Source: Pristiophorus japonicus
Taxonomy: Eukaryota
DNA: 64,000 nucleotides
Reading direction: 5' to 3'
Assembly: GCF_044704955.1 (NCBI RefSeq)
Contig: NC_091980.1
Span: 23,002,001-23,066,000, forward strand
A program made the position numbers and the translations under genes. The notes below the pieces were generated by a model. It had not been told where the DNA came from. It worked only from the letters and a program-made list of their open reading frames with translations, and did no database searches. The first letter of the stretch is position 1. The number at the start of each line of letters is the position of its first letter. Shown here piece after piece: positions 12,026 through 24,677 of the stretch.

Positions 12026-12217
12026 TGTTATATATGTAAACATTACCAATATGTAAAATTTGCCCCAGGGGGTGCACCTATGGGAGACTCAAGGGTCACC
12101 TGCACACCCTGGGCAAGCAGGTATAAAAGGCAGTCTACCATACTGCTTCCTCACTCTGGAGTTACATTAAAGAGACCAAGGTCACAACAGTCTTATAGAG
12201 TTATTCTGAACATAACA
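12026..12217 (+). repeat. 3' LTR of Gypsy element 1
   Basis: Follows the G-run polypurine tract at 12013-12025. Ends AACATAACA, then the TSD. Confidence 0.93.
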
Positions 12218-13496
12218 TTATCAAATACACTTTGACACAGAGCCACGTGAGATATTAAGGCAGGGGACCGAAAGCTTGGACAATGAGGTTGGTTTTAAAA
12301 GAGGCAGAAATGTTTAGGGAGGGAATTCCAGAGCTTAGAGCTAAGGCAGCTGAAGGCAAGTCACCAATGGTGGAGCGATTAAAATCGGGGATGCGCAAGA
12401 GGCCAGAATTGGAGGAGCGCAGAGATCTAAGAGGGCTGGAGGAGATTTCAGGAGTAGGGAGGGACGAGGCCTTGGCGGGATTTGAAAACAAGAATGATCA
12501 TTTCAAAAATGAGATGTTGCCGAACCGAGAGCCGATGTAGGTCAGCGAGCACAGGGGTGATGGGTGAGCGGGTACGAGTTAAGACACGGGCAGGAGGGTT
12601 TGGAATGAGTTGATGCAAAGTGAGAGGCTGGCCAGGAAGAACATTGGAAAAGTCGGGTCTAGAGGTACCAAAGGCATGGATGAGGAAGAGCGAAAGCAAA
12701 CACAAAGTGGTTTTACTTTGTTTTTCAACTACTAGAGAATTGAGGGAAGCTGGTTCTATTCAGATGCCTCACGCACATGGAATAAATTCCACAATTAACA
12801 ACATGGCATAGCTAAGTGTGTATCAGTTACTGTTCTAGTCCTTCTGGCCCCATCCTGCTGGCTTCTCAGTGGATAGAGCAGGTAGGCCAAAAATATGTAT
12901 GGGGATGCGCTTTAGCAAACCTCCACGCTGTCACCCCCTTAACCCCTTACTTTCCAGAAATTAATGCAAATGGCATCAAATATATCTGCCAGCACGCAGG
13001 CTGGCCATATGCAAATTACAGACTAATGAGGAAAACAAGTTCTCTGCTGTTTTTGTGCCGTGAACTTTGTTCCAATATTGAACGCTGGGACTGCCTGCTT
13101 TCAGAGCACGGCCACACTCAATCCTCATTTAGAAAAATATATATTGACACAATCATCACACTGGGTATCTCATTCTCCTGATGATGGAGGCCCAAGGGGC
13201 CAGCTGCTAATACTTTGGGCCCCTAGAGAGGAGCAGCACTCCAGCTGAGACCGGAAGCTTGCCTTCACCTGGTAATGACCCCAAGGCCTCTGGGATAGAC
13301 AGCAGTGCCTGCTTGGCTCACTTCCACCAGTGCAACGTCAAGGAGTCAACCCAAGACAGTATGCTCAGTGCAGGCAGTACAGAGATTTTAAAAAGAATGA
13401 ATGGAAAAGCTCACCTCAGCGCCTGAATTCCCAACAGGAGCTCCCATCCTTGGGCGAGCTCATTTATAACTTTTGTCCCAAAGTGTTCTCCTTTTA

Positions 13497-13660
13497 AAGA
13501 AACATAGGGACAGGAGGAGGTCATTCAGCCCCTCGAGCCTGTTCTGCCATTCAGTTAGATCATGTCTCATCTGCATCTTAACCTCATCTAATGGACTTGG
13601 TTCCATAACCCTTAATCCTCTTGCCTGACAAAAAATCTATCAACCTCAGTTCTGAAATAC
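13497..13660 (-). mobile_element. CR1 3' end fragment
   Basis: Reverse complement of the CR1 3'UTR (ATTCAGCCCCTCGAGCCTG...). Confidence 0.65.
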
Positions 13661-13705
13661 CCCAACAGCTTTGTTGCTGAATGAGATACCAGAGCAGCAA
13701 GATTC

Positions 13706-14585
13706 CAGGTTCTGGTCATCGTATTATAAGAAGGACGTGATTGCACTAGAGAGGATGCAGAGGAGATTTACTAGGATGCTGCCTGGAATGGAGAATCTTA
13801 GTTATGAGGACAGATTGGATAGGCTGGGTTTGTTCTCATTGGAACAGAGGAGGTTGAGAGGCGACCTCATTGAGGTGTACAAAATATTGAGGGGCCTGGA
13901 CATAGTGGATAGTAAGGGTCTATTTTCATTGGTTGGGGGGGTCTATTACGAGGGGGCATAGTATTAAAGTGGCTGGTGGAAAGTTTAAAGGGGATTTGAG
14001 GGGGGTTTCTTCATGCAGAGGGTTGTGGGGATCTGGAATTCATTGCCTGGAAGAGTGGTGGATGCAGAAACCCTCACCACTTTTAAGAGATGGTTGGATG
14101 GGCACTTAAAGTGCAGCAACCTGCAGGGTTTACAGACCTAGAGCTGGTAATTGGGATTAGACTGGATGAACTTTTGTTGGACGGCACAGATATAATGGTA
14201 AGTACTGCAGGGAATAGAATACGGCCAGGATGATCTCCTGGACTAGTTTCTATCGCCTGGATGGGCCAGGGAGGAATTTTCCCAGATTTTTTCTCCCTAA
14301 ATTGGCCTGGGTTTTTATCTGGTTTTTGCCTCTACCAGGAGATCACATGGCTCTGGTTGGGGTGGAGTGTAGAATGTTTTAGAATAGGGGTGCCGCGGTT
14401 GTGGTGAGGCGGATTGGTTGGGCTGGGTGCTCTTTGCCTTTCCATCATTGTCATAGGTTTATAAGTAACCTTTAGGGCTGCTGACCAAGGGCCGTGTGGC
14501 TCTTCGTTGGCCGGCGCGGACACGATGGGCCAGAATGACCTCCTTCTGCGCTGTAAATTTCTATTTTCCTATGTTTTTATGTTTC
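13706..14585 (+). mobile_element. CR1 3' fragment with long 3'UTR
   Basis: ORF 13671..13961 contains LERMQRRFTRMLPG...LGLFSLEQRRLRGDLIEVYKI. Ends in a TTTCTATG-like tail. Confidence 0.85.
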
Positions 14586-14842
14586 AAAGTCCAGTCTGCC
14601 ACAGATTTATAGTCTAGTCTGTCCCAGGTTCAAAGCTTTGTGCTGTGTTAGCAGGAGCAGTCTCAGTGTTGGGGCTAGGCAAAGGAAAAGCCAACCAAAG
14701 TTTGTGCTCAGGGCATTATCCGACACCACTGACCAAAATGTGCCTCTGGATGGACTTTGGATGGGGGCAACAATGGATTTTACTGCGTACTCTCCATAAT
14801 CAAACAGCCTATCGGACAAAAACAGTTTACAGATAATTAAAA

Positions 14843-15158
14843 ATGCATTTGTATCGTGCATTTCATGATCTCGGGATGCCCCAAAATGCGTCACACCAGA
14901 CAAAATACACATTGAAGTGTCATCGCAGTTGGAATGTCAGAAAATGTGGCAGCCAATTTGTGCACAGCAAGCTCCCAACAAACATCAATAAAACCAGATC
15001 ATTTCTGGTTTCTTTTGAAGCAATGTTGGTTGAGGGATAAATATTGTCCTGTTCTTCTTCGAATAGTGCCGTGGGATCTTTTATATCAATCTGAAAGGGC
15101 AGACGAGGCCTCGGTTTAACATCTCATCTGAAAGACGACACCTCTGACAGCACAGCAC
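14843..15158 (-). mobile_element. DeuSINE (SacSINE1-like), partial
   Basis: Reverse-complement Deu-domain (TTCTTCGAATAGTGCCGTGGGATCTTTTA...GGCCTCGGTTTAACATCTCATCTGAAAGAC) plus an L2-type tail. Confidence 0.8.
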
Positions 15159-16079
15159 AAAATAAGGCATGAACCGTTCGGCTCAGCACCAGAGGGTGCC
15201 GGGCTCCTGTCGAACCACAACTCCCAATGTGAACAAGGCGATGAAAGGAGGAAATTAGATGAGAACATTCTTTGACAAAGAGAACCACAGAGAAAATCAG
15301 CCCATTATTTTCTAAAGCTGCATTATTTAAACTGATGATTTACATCGTAGCACACTTCAAGGTGACATTAGATCATTTAGATGCATTGCCGCTGAAGGAA
15401 AATACACTGCTTACAGGAGAAATTGGTTGCTTTTAACTTTAATGTGATGCCACGGAAATATTCAGGTTGGAGAAGGCATCAATGAATGGGGACACGTACT
15501 CTCATGCAGAACTTGCTTGTAGCAAACATCCTGTGAGAATTGCAAATGGAAAGAATAAAATACTGTGTTTGTTTAGTAATCTATTAAATGGCCTTATTAC
15601 CAAGTAATCTGCTGCAGATTAGATTGCTGTAATTTTCCAATTTAATAATGTAATCCTTCACTGAACATGTCATGACACACACTGCTGGAAAAAAAAATCT
15701 TCAACAGACAGCATCAGGATTCATTTTATAATTTGAAGTAAACACTGCTAGGTATTTATAAAGATTATTATTGGATGGGCGAAAGTGATTACATGGAATC
15801 ATAGGAACTAGAAACGCGGCAATATTAGCATATGAATTCTTAACACGCATTTACGATGTTTCACTGTCCGCTATTTATGAGGTGTTAGCCCTTTTAAAGT
15901 AACGGACAGACTATTTGAACTAACACTTTTCTGTTCCTCTGCGCCTGCTTCCACCAGACCTCCCCCCGCCCCGACGCATCCCGCCTGAAAGCGGAGCCGG
16001 ACGTGGGGCCCCACTATTGACCACGTTGTGCGAGCCAACCGCTGATCCTCTGATCGAGCCGGAAAGACAGGGGCAGCAG

Positions 16080-17440
16080 GCGGCGGGGAGAGAGAAACGG
16101 CGGGGTGAGAGGGGCGGTGGAAGAGAGGGACGGTGGGGTGAGAGGGGCAGTGGGAGAGAGGGGCGGAGGGGAGAGAGGGCGGCGGGGGGGGGGGGGGGGT
16201 GAGAGGGCGGTGGGAGAGAGGGGCGGTGGGGAGAGAGGGGCAACGGGGAGAGAGGGGCTGTGGGGAGCGATGGGTGGTGGGGAAAGAGGGCGTTGAGAGA
16301 GAGGGCGGTGGGGAGGAGAGGGGCGGGGGGTGGAGAGGGGCAGTGGGGAGAGGGGCTGTGGGGAGCGATGGGTGGTGGGGAAAGAGGGCGGTGGGAAAGA
16401 GGGGCGGTGGGGAGAGAGGGGTGGTGGGGAGAGAGGGGTGGTGGGAGAGAGGGGCCACGGGGAGAGAGGGGTGGGGGGGAGAGAGGGGCGCTGGGAGAGA
16501 GGGGCCGCGGGGAGAGAGAGGCCGTGGGGAGAGAGGGATGGCGGGCGGTGGGGAAGAGGGGCGGGGGGGAGAGAGGGGCGGTGGGAGAGAGGGGCCGCGG
16601 GGAGAGAGAGGCCGTGGGGCGAGAGGGATGGCGGGCGGTGGGGGAGAGGGGCGGGGGGGAGAGGGGGCGGTGGGTGGTGGCAGGGAGGGGCAGTGAGGAG
16701 AGAGTCACACGAGGGCGGAATGAGACACATGGCGGGGGAGAGAGAGACACATGGTGGGGTATGGAGGGAGAGACACATGGTGGGGGAGAGAGACACATGG
16801 GGAGGGAGAGACACATGCCGGGGAGAGAGAGACACAGGGGGTGGGAGAGAGACACATGGCAGCGGAGAGAGAGACACATGGTGGGGTAGGGAGGGAGAGA
16901 CACATGGCGGGGGAGAGAGACACACGGGGGTGGGAGAGACACGTGGCGGGGTAGGGAGGGAGAGACACATGGCGGGGTAGGGAGGGAGAGAGACATGGCG
17001 GGGTAGGGAGTGAGAGACACATGGTGGGGGAGAGGGACACATGGGAGGGGAGAGAGAGACACATGGCGGGGGAGAGAGGGACACATGGGGGGAAGGAGAG
17101 AGAGACACATGGGGGGAGATAGAGTGACACATGCGGGGGGAGAGAGAGAGACACACATGGTGGGGAGAGAGACACACATGGTGGGGGAGAGAGACACATG
17201 GGGGGGCAGAGAGAGACACATGGGGGGGAGAGAGACACATGGGGGGGCAGAGAGAGACACATGGGGGGAGAGAGAGTGACAAATTGCGGGGGGAGAGAGA
17301 CACATGGGTGGGGAGAGAGACATACATGGGAGTGAGAGAGATACATGGTGGGGTGAGGGAGAGGCACGGGGTGGGGAGAGAGACACACGGCTAGGGGGAG
17401 AGACACACGTGGTGGAGGGGAGACACACGGGAAATTCAGA
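16080..17440. repeat. G/A-rich minisatellite with two successive 18-20 bp unit types
   Basis: GGGGAGAGAGGGGCGGT-like units at about 16080-16700, then GGGGAGAGAGACACAT-like units at about 16720-17430. Confidence 0.92.
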
Positions 17441-17523
17441 AACACAGGGGGAGAGGATGGGGAGATAGGGAACTTGGGGAAGGTGGATCACGTTTCTCGG
17501 AAAGCTTAGTTTGTCAGGAACAT

Positions 17524-18618
17524 CATAAGAACATAAGAAATAGGAGCAGTAGTAGGCCATACGGCCACTCGAGCCTGCTCCGCCATTTAATACCATCATG
17601 GCTGATCCGATCATGGACTCAGGTCCACTTCCCTGCCTGCTTCCCATAACCCCTTATTCCCTTATCGGTTAAGAAACTGTCTATCTCTGTCTTAAATTTA
17701 TTCCATGTCCCAGCTTCCACAGCTCTCTCAGGCAGTAAATTCTACAGATTTACAATCCTCTGAGAGAAGAAATATCTCCTCATTTCAGTTTTAAATGGGC
17801 GGCCCCTTATTCTAAGATTATGCCCTCTAGTTCTAGTCTCCCTATCAGTGGAAACATCCTCTTTGCGTCCACCTTGTCAAGCTCCCTCATAATCTTATAT
17901 GTTTCGATAAGATCACCTCTCATTCTTCTGAATAGAGGCCCAACCTACTCAACCTTTCCTCATAAGTCAACCCTCTCATCCCTGGAATCAACCTAGTAAA
18001 CCTTCTCTGAACTGCCTCCAAAGCAAGTATATCCTTTTGTAAATAAGGAAACCAAAACTTCCAGGTGTTGGCTCACCAATACCCTGTATAATTGTAGCAA
18101 GACTTTCCTGTTTTTATACTCCATCCCCTTTGCAATAAAAGCCAAGATTCTATTGGCCTTCCTGATCACTTGCTGTACCTGCATATTAAACTTGTGTTTC
18201 ATGCACAAGTACCCCCAGATCCCGCTGTACTGCAGCACTTTGCAATCATTCTCCATTTAAATAATAACTTACTCTTTGATTTTTTTTCTGCCAATGTGCA
18301 TGACCTCACACTTTCCAACATTATACTCCATCTGCCAATTTTTTGCCCACTCACTTAGTCTGTCTATGTCCTTTTGCAGATTTTTTGTGTCCTCCTCACA
18401 CATTGCTTTTCCTCCCATCTTTGTATCATCAGCAAATTTGGCTACGTTACACTCGGTCCTTTCTTCCAAGTCATTAACATAGATTGTAAATAGTTGTGGT
18501 CCCAGCACTGATCCCTGCGACACCCCATTATTTACTGATTGCCAACCAGAGAATGAACCAGTTATTCCGACTCTATGTTTTCTGTTAGTTAGCCAATCCT
18601 CTATCCATGCTAATATAT
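17524..18618 (-). mobile_element. CR1 LINE, 5'-truncated
   Basis: [20 protein letters not shown] and YNVGKCEV in ORF 18269..18904. (CATAAGAA)n tail at about 17524. Confidence 0.92.
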
Positions 18619-18719
18619 GCACCATAATAATGGTGTAATCCCTTGATGCGTTATTATTACAGCACATGTTTTCAGCAAATTCAGGCCCTAAAGCCTTCAT
18701 CCTCAATCTTTTATATAGA

Positions 18720-19070
18720 GTTCTGGACAGATTCGATAGAGAGATACTGTTCCCATTGGCAAAAGGGTTGTGAACCTGAGGACACAGATTTAAGGTGATT
18801 GCTAAAGAACAAAAGGCAACGTAAGAAAAAACTTTTTTACGCAGCGAGTGGTTAAGATGTGTAAAAGAGTGCACTGCCTGAAAGTGTGGTGGAGGCAGAC
18901 TCAATTTTATCTTTCAAAAGGGAGCTGGATAAGGATCTGAAGGAAAGCAAATTTTCAGAGCCACGGGGAAAGGGCGAAAGGGTGGGACTAACTCAGAGTC
19001 GGCATGGGTTCGACAGGCCGAAGGGCCACCTTCCATTCTGTAACCTTTCTATGATTCGATGATTCTATCA
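18720..19070 (+). mobile_element. CR1 3' end fragment, decayed
   Basis: Remnant of the LFPL...RGH.FK...FFTQRVV region plus a (TTCTATGA)-like tail. Confidence 0.7.
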
Positions 19071-19223
19071 TTGATCAACTGTGAGATTGTGTAGTTTCAG
19101 GCAAGAGAATATGGAACTTCTTCTCGTATTCTGCACTACTTTTAAATCCGGATGGGATTTCCCTCGAGAATACATTGTTGCTTTGCACTTTTGCTAAATT
19201 TACGTTTATTTGTTCTTGTATAT

Positions 19224-19491
19224 TGTAATGTCCTGTCCCTGCAGTGGAGACTCACACGAGGCACGTGCTGAAGTCAAGGTCACTCAGGACCTGCACCTTT
19301 ATTACACAGCTCTCGAATGCCACACTTGCCTGAGATCTGTCCTTATATACCTGTCTGGGACAGGTATCCAGTGTTTCCTGCAAGCGCACCCCTGGTGTTA
19401 AGGTAAGCTTGTGGTTAGAGGTCATCTCTAGTTACAGTCATGTATAGCATGGTAAGATACAGTTATGTACAGTAGTGTGAGATACATGACA
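19224..19491 (-). mobile_element. Solo LTR (Gypsy type)
   Basis: TGTAATG...CATGACA termini, 5-bp TSD TATAT (19219-19223 and 19492-19496), and TATATAA plus AATAAA on the minus strand. Confidence 0.85.
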
Positions 19492-20212
19492 TATATATAG
19501 ATATATATATATAAAAGGATTAAGTAACATGATTGCAAACATACCAAGAGAAAGCACAGACATAAATTTTCAATGTTGTATGTTGTCGCTGTGTGCATGC
19601 AGGATTGTCATGTTATAGGTTTAAGGTTTTACTGCACTATTTACAATTTATTGTTTATTCTGCATCACTTTTTTCACATTTCAGCATTCTGCTTTGTGAT
19701 TCTGTATTTCTCTCTCACCCTCCTGCATGTGCAGGAGTTCTGCATTGCTTCATTACGTAGCTTTACATTGTACTTACAGCACAGACACAGTCAAACTTGA
19801 GCAATCTCTGGAATGACTAGCTTGGAATATTCCCAATGGACACATCCTGTGAAACCTCATGAAGATGGGACCACTGCTTTTGAAGGGTGGAAATAGCAGG
19901 AAAACTGTTTGAATTTTATGCTGAGCTGAGCATAAGAGTTGAGTAAATAAGTTTCTTTTTAGAACGACAAATGGCTCTGCTGGTTTCCCAGGAGAGAAAT
20001 TCTGACAATGGATCCCAGCGATACCCATTTACAACCAGATTTGTATTTATCAATTTCTTGTGCTCAGCATAAACTTTCAATGTTTCTTTTCCCAACCTAC
20101 CAGTTGAAACTATGATTGAATAGCAATGAAAAACTTCCCGGTGCACTGTCCCAAAGAGTGGAGATAGTTTGACTTGAACCGCTCAACTCAGTGGGTTTCT
20201 CCAGCTGTACAA

Positions 20213-20778
20213 ATAGAAACATAGAAACATAGAAAATAGGTGCAGGCACAGGCCATTCAGCCCTTCGAGCCTGTACCACCATTCAATATGATCATGGCTG
20301 ATCATGCAACTTCAGTACCCCATTCCTGCTTTCTCTCCATACCCCTTGATCCCTTTAGCCGTAAGGCCACATCTATCTCCCTTTTGAATATATCTAACAA
20401 ACTGGCCTCAACAACTTTCTGTGGTAGAGAATTCCACAGGTTCACAATACTCTGAGTGAAGAAGTTTCTCCTCATCTCGGTGCTAAATGGCTTACCCCTT
20501 ATCCTTAGAATGTGACCCCTGGTTCTGGACTTCCCCAACATCGGGAACATTCTGCCTGCATCTAAACTGTCCAATCCTGTCAGAATTTTATAAATTTCTA
20601 TGAGATCCCCTCTCATTCTTCTAAATTCCAGTCACTATAAACCTGGTCGATCCAGTCTTTCGTCATATAGCAGTCCTGCCGTCCTGGGAATCAGTCTGGT
20701 GAACCTTCACTGCACTCCCTCATTAGCAACAATGTCCTTCCTCAGATTAGGAGACCAAAACTGTACACAATATTCAAG
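20213..20778 (-). mobile_element. CR1 3' fragment
   Basis: ORF 20302..20616 contains RGDLIEIYKIL...NLWNSLPQKVVEA; (CATAGAAA)n tail. Confidence 0.9.
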
Positions 20779-20779
20779 G

Positions 20780-21333
20780 GGTGCCCATATTGAAGACTCA
20801 CTGGCAGGATAGTCACACCAACCTCAGCATTCTCTCTCAGGCCAACATCCTCAGCATCGTGGCATTGACTACGTTCGACCAGCTCCGGTGGGCGGGCCAC
20901 ATTGTTCACATGCCCGATGCTAGACTCCCGAAACAAGCACGCTACTCCGAGCTACGTCACGGTAGGCGAGCCCCAGGAGGGCAGAGAAAACACTTCAAGG
21001 ACACCCTCAAAGCATCCTTGAAAATTGCAACATCCCTCCCGACTCTTGGGAATCCCTGGCCCAAGACCGCTCAAAGTGGAGAAGGAGCGTCCGAGAAGGC
21101 ACTGAACACTACGAGTTTCTTCGCCGGGAGCACGCGGAAGCCAAGCACAAACAGCGGAAGGAGCGTATGACAAACCAATCACCCGACCCACCCTTCGCCC
21201 CCAACCACCATCTGTCCCACCTGTGACAGTGATTGTAGATCCCGCAATGGACTCATCAGCCACCTTAGATCTCATTTTAGTGTGGAAGCAAATTACCCTC
21301 GACTCCGGGGGGCTGCCTAAGAAGAAGATTGAA
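20780..21333 (+). mobile_element. RTE LINE 3' fragment
   Basis: QLRWAGHIVHMPDARLPKQ...GGQRKHFKDTLK, then the 3' motif GGAAGCAA...GCTGCCT and (AAG)n. Confidence 0.9.
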
Positions 21334-22357
21334 GACTCCATTGCACGACAAGGAGCATTCTTTCGCTTGAGAATTGTGTCGTCTTTTTACCTCCGCGCAG
21401 TTGAAATACTAAAGCATCTCGCTCTTCCGGAAAACACAAAAAAACAGAGGCAGAGCTTGACAAAAATGTTTTTAACTTGGTTACTTGTTTTCAAATTAGT
21501 TTGGAAGTTGCCTTGCGTTGTTATTTCTCAATGGCCTGATGAGTTTTTTATTTGGGAGCCGTTAGACTATCATTTCATCTCTACAAAGATTTAATATTTT
21601 AGCTATGCTCATGTGAATCTCATTCCTTAGTCGAACGCCCAGGTCCTTATGAGAAATATGATTTTACTTTTGTGTGGACGGCTTCCCTCTTAAATGTAAT
21701 ACCTGATATCAAGTAGCGTTTAAACCGTCATGCCCAGTGTCACAAGATGATTACTCTCTCCTTGGGGACACAATGAGCCCAGACAACCAAAATATAAAAA
21801 TAATGATTCTTGGGCACACTGACAGTTTACTGCTTATAAAATTGCAATTTCTTTCACACTGTACTCGAAAAGTTTTAAATCAGGTTCCGGGGCAGCATAA
21901 TTTGAGGCTTATAATGGCAGCCTAGAGGCCCAATATGGTACAATTACTACTAGATTGGACAGTTATGGATGAACTGCAGCAAAACAGCTCATGGCTATGA
22001 AGGCTTTTTACTCTGTTCGAGGTAATTCGAGCTTCTGCCTCTGTCAGCAGCTTGTGAGCTGATCACAGGGACTGATAATTAGACCTACTACGAAATAACA
22101 TTCTTTTTTTGATATGTCATTTTGTTATCAGTTTGCATAATCCTGGCTCGTATCTTCCAATTTGGACTGAGAAGATACTCTGCTTGTCAACTTGTGTTTG
22201 TCACGATAGTATGGCGTACAGTCAGCAAACTGTTAAATACTGAAATGTCCTTGCAAAGCTTATTTGCTGCATTTCAGAATATTGAATGTTTAAAAGCCCC
22301 ATGCCATTGTGATTACAGGTCAGTGAATCCAGTTTAGAAATCTTAGCTGCAGGATTG

Positions 22358-22725
22358 GTATCAGCCGTAGCTTAGTTAGTCGCGCTCTCGCCTCTGAGTC
22401 AAGAAGGTTGGGGTATCATAGTTCCACATCAGAAACTTGATTGCAAAATTGAGACTGCTTTAGTACTGAGTGAATGCTGCACAGTCAGATGAGACTGTAG
22501 ATTAAACCGAGGCCCTGTCAGCCCTCTTGAGTGATTGTTAAAGATCCCATGGCACTTTTTTGAAGAAAACTAGGTGGGGGTGGGGGGGTTATCCCCAGTG
22601 TCCTGGCCGATACTTATTCCTCAACCAACGTCACTGAAATACAGATGATCTGGTCATTATCACATTGCTGTTTGCTGTATGCAAATTGGCTGCCATGTTT
22701 CCGACATTACAACAATGACTACACT
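22358..22725 (+). mobile_element. DeuSINE (SacSINE1-like); tail continues at 24651-24677 and 25716 onward after nested insertions
   Basis: tRNA-like head, Deu-domain (AAAGATCCCATGGCACT...GTGTCCTGGCC), broken at GACTACACT. Confidence 0.8.
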
Positions 22726-24650
22726 CAGCAGAGGAGGACAAAGGGTTTGATTACGGCAGGGAAAATAGAGTACGAGAGGAAGCTTGCAGGGAACATTAAG
22801 ATGGACTGCAAAAGTTTCTATAGATATGTAAAGAGAAAAAGGTTAGTAAAGACAAACATAGGTCCCCTGCAGTCAGAATCAGGGGAAGTCATAACGGGGA
22901 ACAAAGAAATGGCAGACCAATTGAACAAGTACTTTGGTTCGGTATTCACTAAGGAGGACACAAACAACCTTTCGGATATAAAAGGGGTCAGAGGGTCGAG
23001 TAAGAAGGAGGAACTGAGGGAAATCCTTATTAGTCGGGAAATTGTGTTGGGGAAATTGATGGGATTGAAGGCCGATAAATCCCCAGGGCCTGATGGACTG
23101 CATCCCAGAGTACTTAAGGAGGTGGCCTTGGAAATAGCGGATGCATTGACAGTCATTTTCCAACATTCCAAAGACTCTGGATCAGTTCCTATGGAGTGGA
23201 GTGTAGCCAATGTAACCCCACTTTTTAAAAAAGGAGGGAGAGAGAAAACAGGGAATTATGGACCGGTCAGCTTGACATCAGTAGTGGGTAAAATGATGGA
23301 ATAATTATTAAGGATGTCATAGCAGTGCATTTGGAAAGAGGTGACATGATAGGTCCAAGTCAGCATGGATTTGTGAAAGCAAAATCATGCTTGACAAATC
23401 TTCTGGAATTTTTTGAGGATGTTATCAGTAGAGAGGACAAGGGAGAACCAGTTGATGTGGTGTATTTGGACTTTCAGAAGGCTTTCGACAAGGTCCCACA
23501 CAAGAGATTAATGTGCAAAGTTAAAGCACATGGGATTGGGGGTAGTGTGCTGATGTGGATTGAGAACTGGTTGTCAGACAGGAAGCAAAGAGTAGGAGTA
23601 AATGGGTACTTTTCAGAATGACAGGCAGTGACTAGTGGGGTACCGCAAGGTTCTGTGCTGGGGCCCCAGCTGTTTACACTGTACATTAATGATTTAGACG
23701 AGGGGATTAAATGTAGTATCTCCAAATTTGCGGATGATGCTAAGTTAGGTGGCAGTGTGAGCTGCGAGGAGGATGCTATGAGGCTGCAGAGTGACTTGGC
23801 TAGGTTAGGTGAGTGGGCAAGTGCATGGCAGATGAAGTATAATGTGGATAAATGTGAGGTTATCCACTTTGGTGGTAAAAACAGAGAGACAGGCTATTAT
23901 CTGAATGGTGACAGATTAGGAAAAGGGGAGGTGCAACGAGACCTGGGTGTCATGGTACATCAGTCATTGAAGGTTGGCATGCAGGTACAGCAGGCGGTTA
24001 AGAAAGCAAATGGCATGTTGGCCTTCGTGGGAGGGGATTTGAGTATAGGGGCAGGGAGGTGTTACTAGTTGTACAGGGCCTTGGTGAGGCCACACCTGGA
24101 GTATTGTGTACAGTTTTGGTCTCCTTACTTGAGGAAGGGTATTCTTGCTATTGAGAGAGTGCAGCGAAGGTTCACCAGACTGATTCCCGGGATGGCGGGA
24201 CTGACATATTAAGAAAGACTGGATCAACTGGGCTTGTATTCACTAGAGTTCAGAAGAATGAGAGGGGATCTCATAGAAACGTTTAAAATTCTGATGGGTT
24301 TAGACAGGTTAGATGCAGGAAGAATGTTCCCAATGTTGGGGAAGTCCAGAACCAGGGGTCACAGTCTAAGGATAAGGGGTAAGCCATTTTGGACCGAGAT
24401 GAGGAGAAACTTCTTCACCCAGAGAGTGGTGAACCTGTGGAATTCTCTACCACAGAAAGTTGTTGAGGCCAATTCACTAAATATATTCAAAAAGGAGTTA
24501 GATGTAGTCCTTACTACTAGGGGGAATCAAGGGGTATGGCGAGAAAGCAAGAATGGGGTACTGAAGTTGCATGTTCAGCCATGAACTCATTGAATGGCAG
24601 TGCAGGCTTGAAGGGCCGAATGGCCTACTCCTGCACCTATTTTCTATGTT
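22726..24650 (+). mobile_element. CR1 LINE, 5'-truncated (RT region to tail)
   Basis: [42 protein letters not shown] and LWNSLP; TTCTATGT tail. Confidence 0.95.
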
Positions 24651-24677
24651 TCAAAATGTTCTTTGGGATGTCCTGAG

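Larger units (their letters stand above)
7806..12217 (+). mobile_element. Full-structure Gypsy (Mag-like) LTR retrotransposon, decayed
   Basis: Paired TG...CA LTRs, 5-bp TSD TTATC (7801-7805 and 12218-12222), PBS, PPT, and gag-PR-RT-RH-IN order. Confidence 0.95.
7736..12690 (-). mobile_element. L2 LINE 3' fragment split by a Gypsy insertion (7736-7805 and 12218-12690)
   Basis: ORF 12255..12491 (LRSSNSGLLRIPDFNRSTIG) matches the 6985 copy. The tail resumes to the left of the Gypsy TSD. Confidence 0.75.

Noticed and set aside
15871-17647. ORFs of 195-575 aa rich in Pro/Ser/Leu or Gly/Glu/Arg
   Set aside because: They are artefacts of a stop-poor minisatellite that is open in many frames on both strands.
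19775-19900. Possible small exon (minus-strand donor GCT|GTAAGT, or plus-strand acceptor TACTTACAG)
   Set aside because: The signals point to opposite strands, the peptides are unrecognisable, and no partner exons were found.
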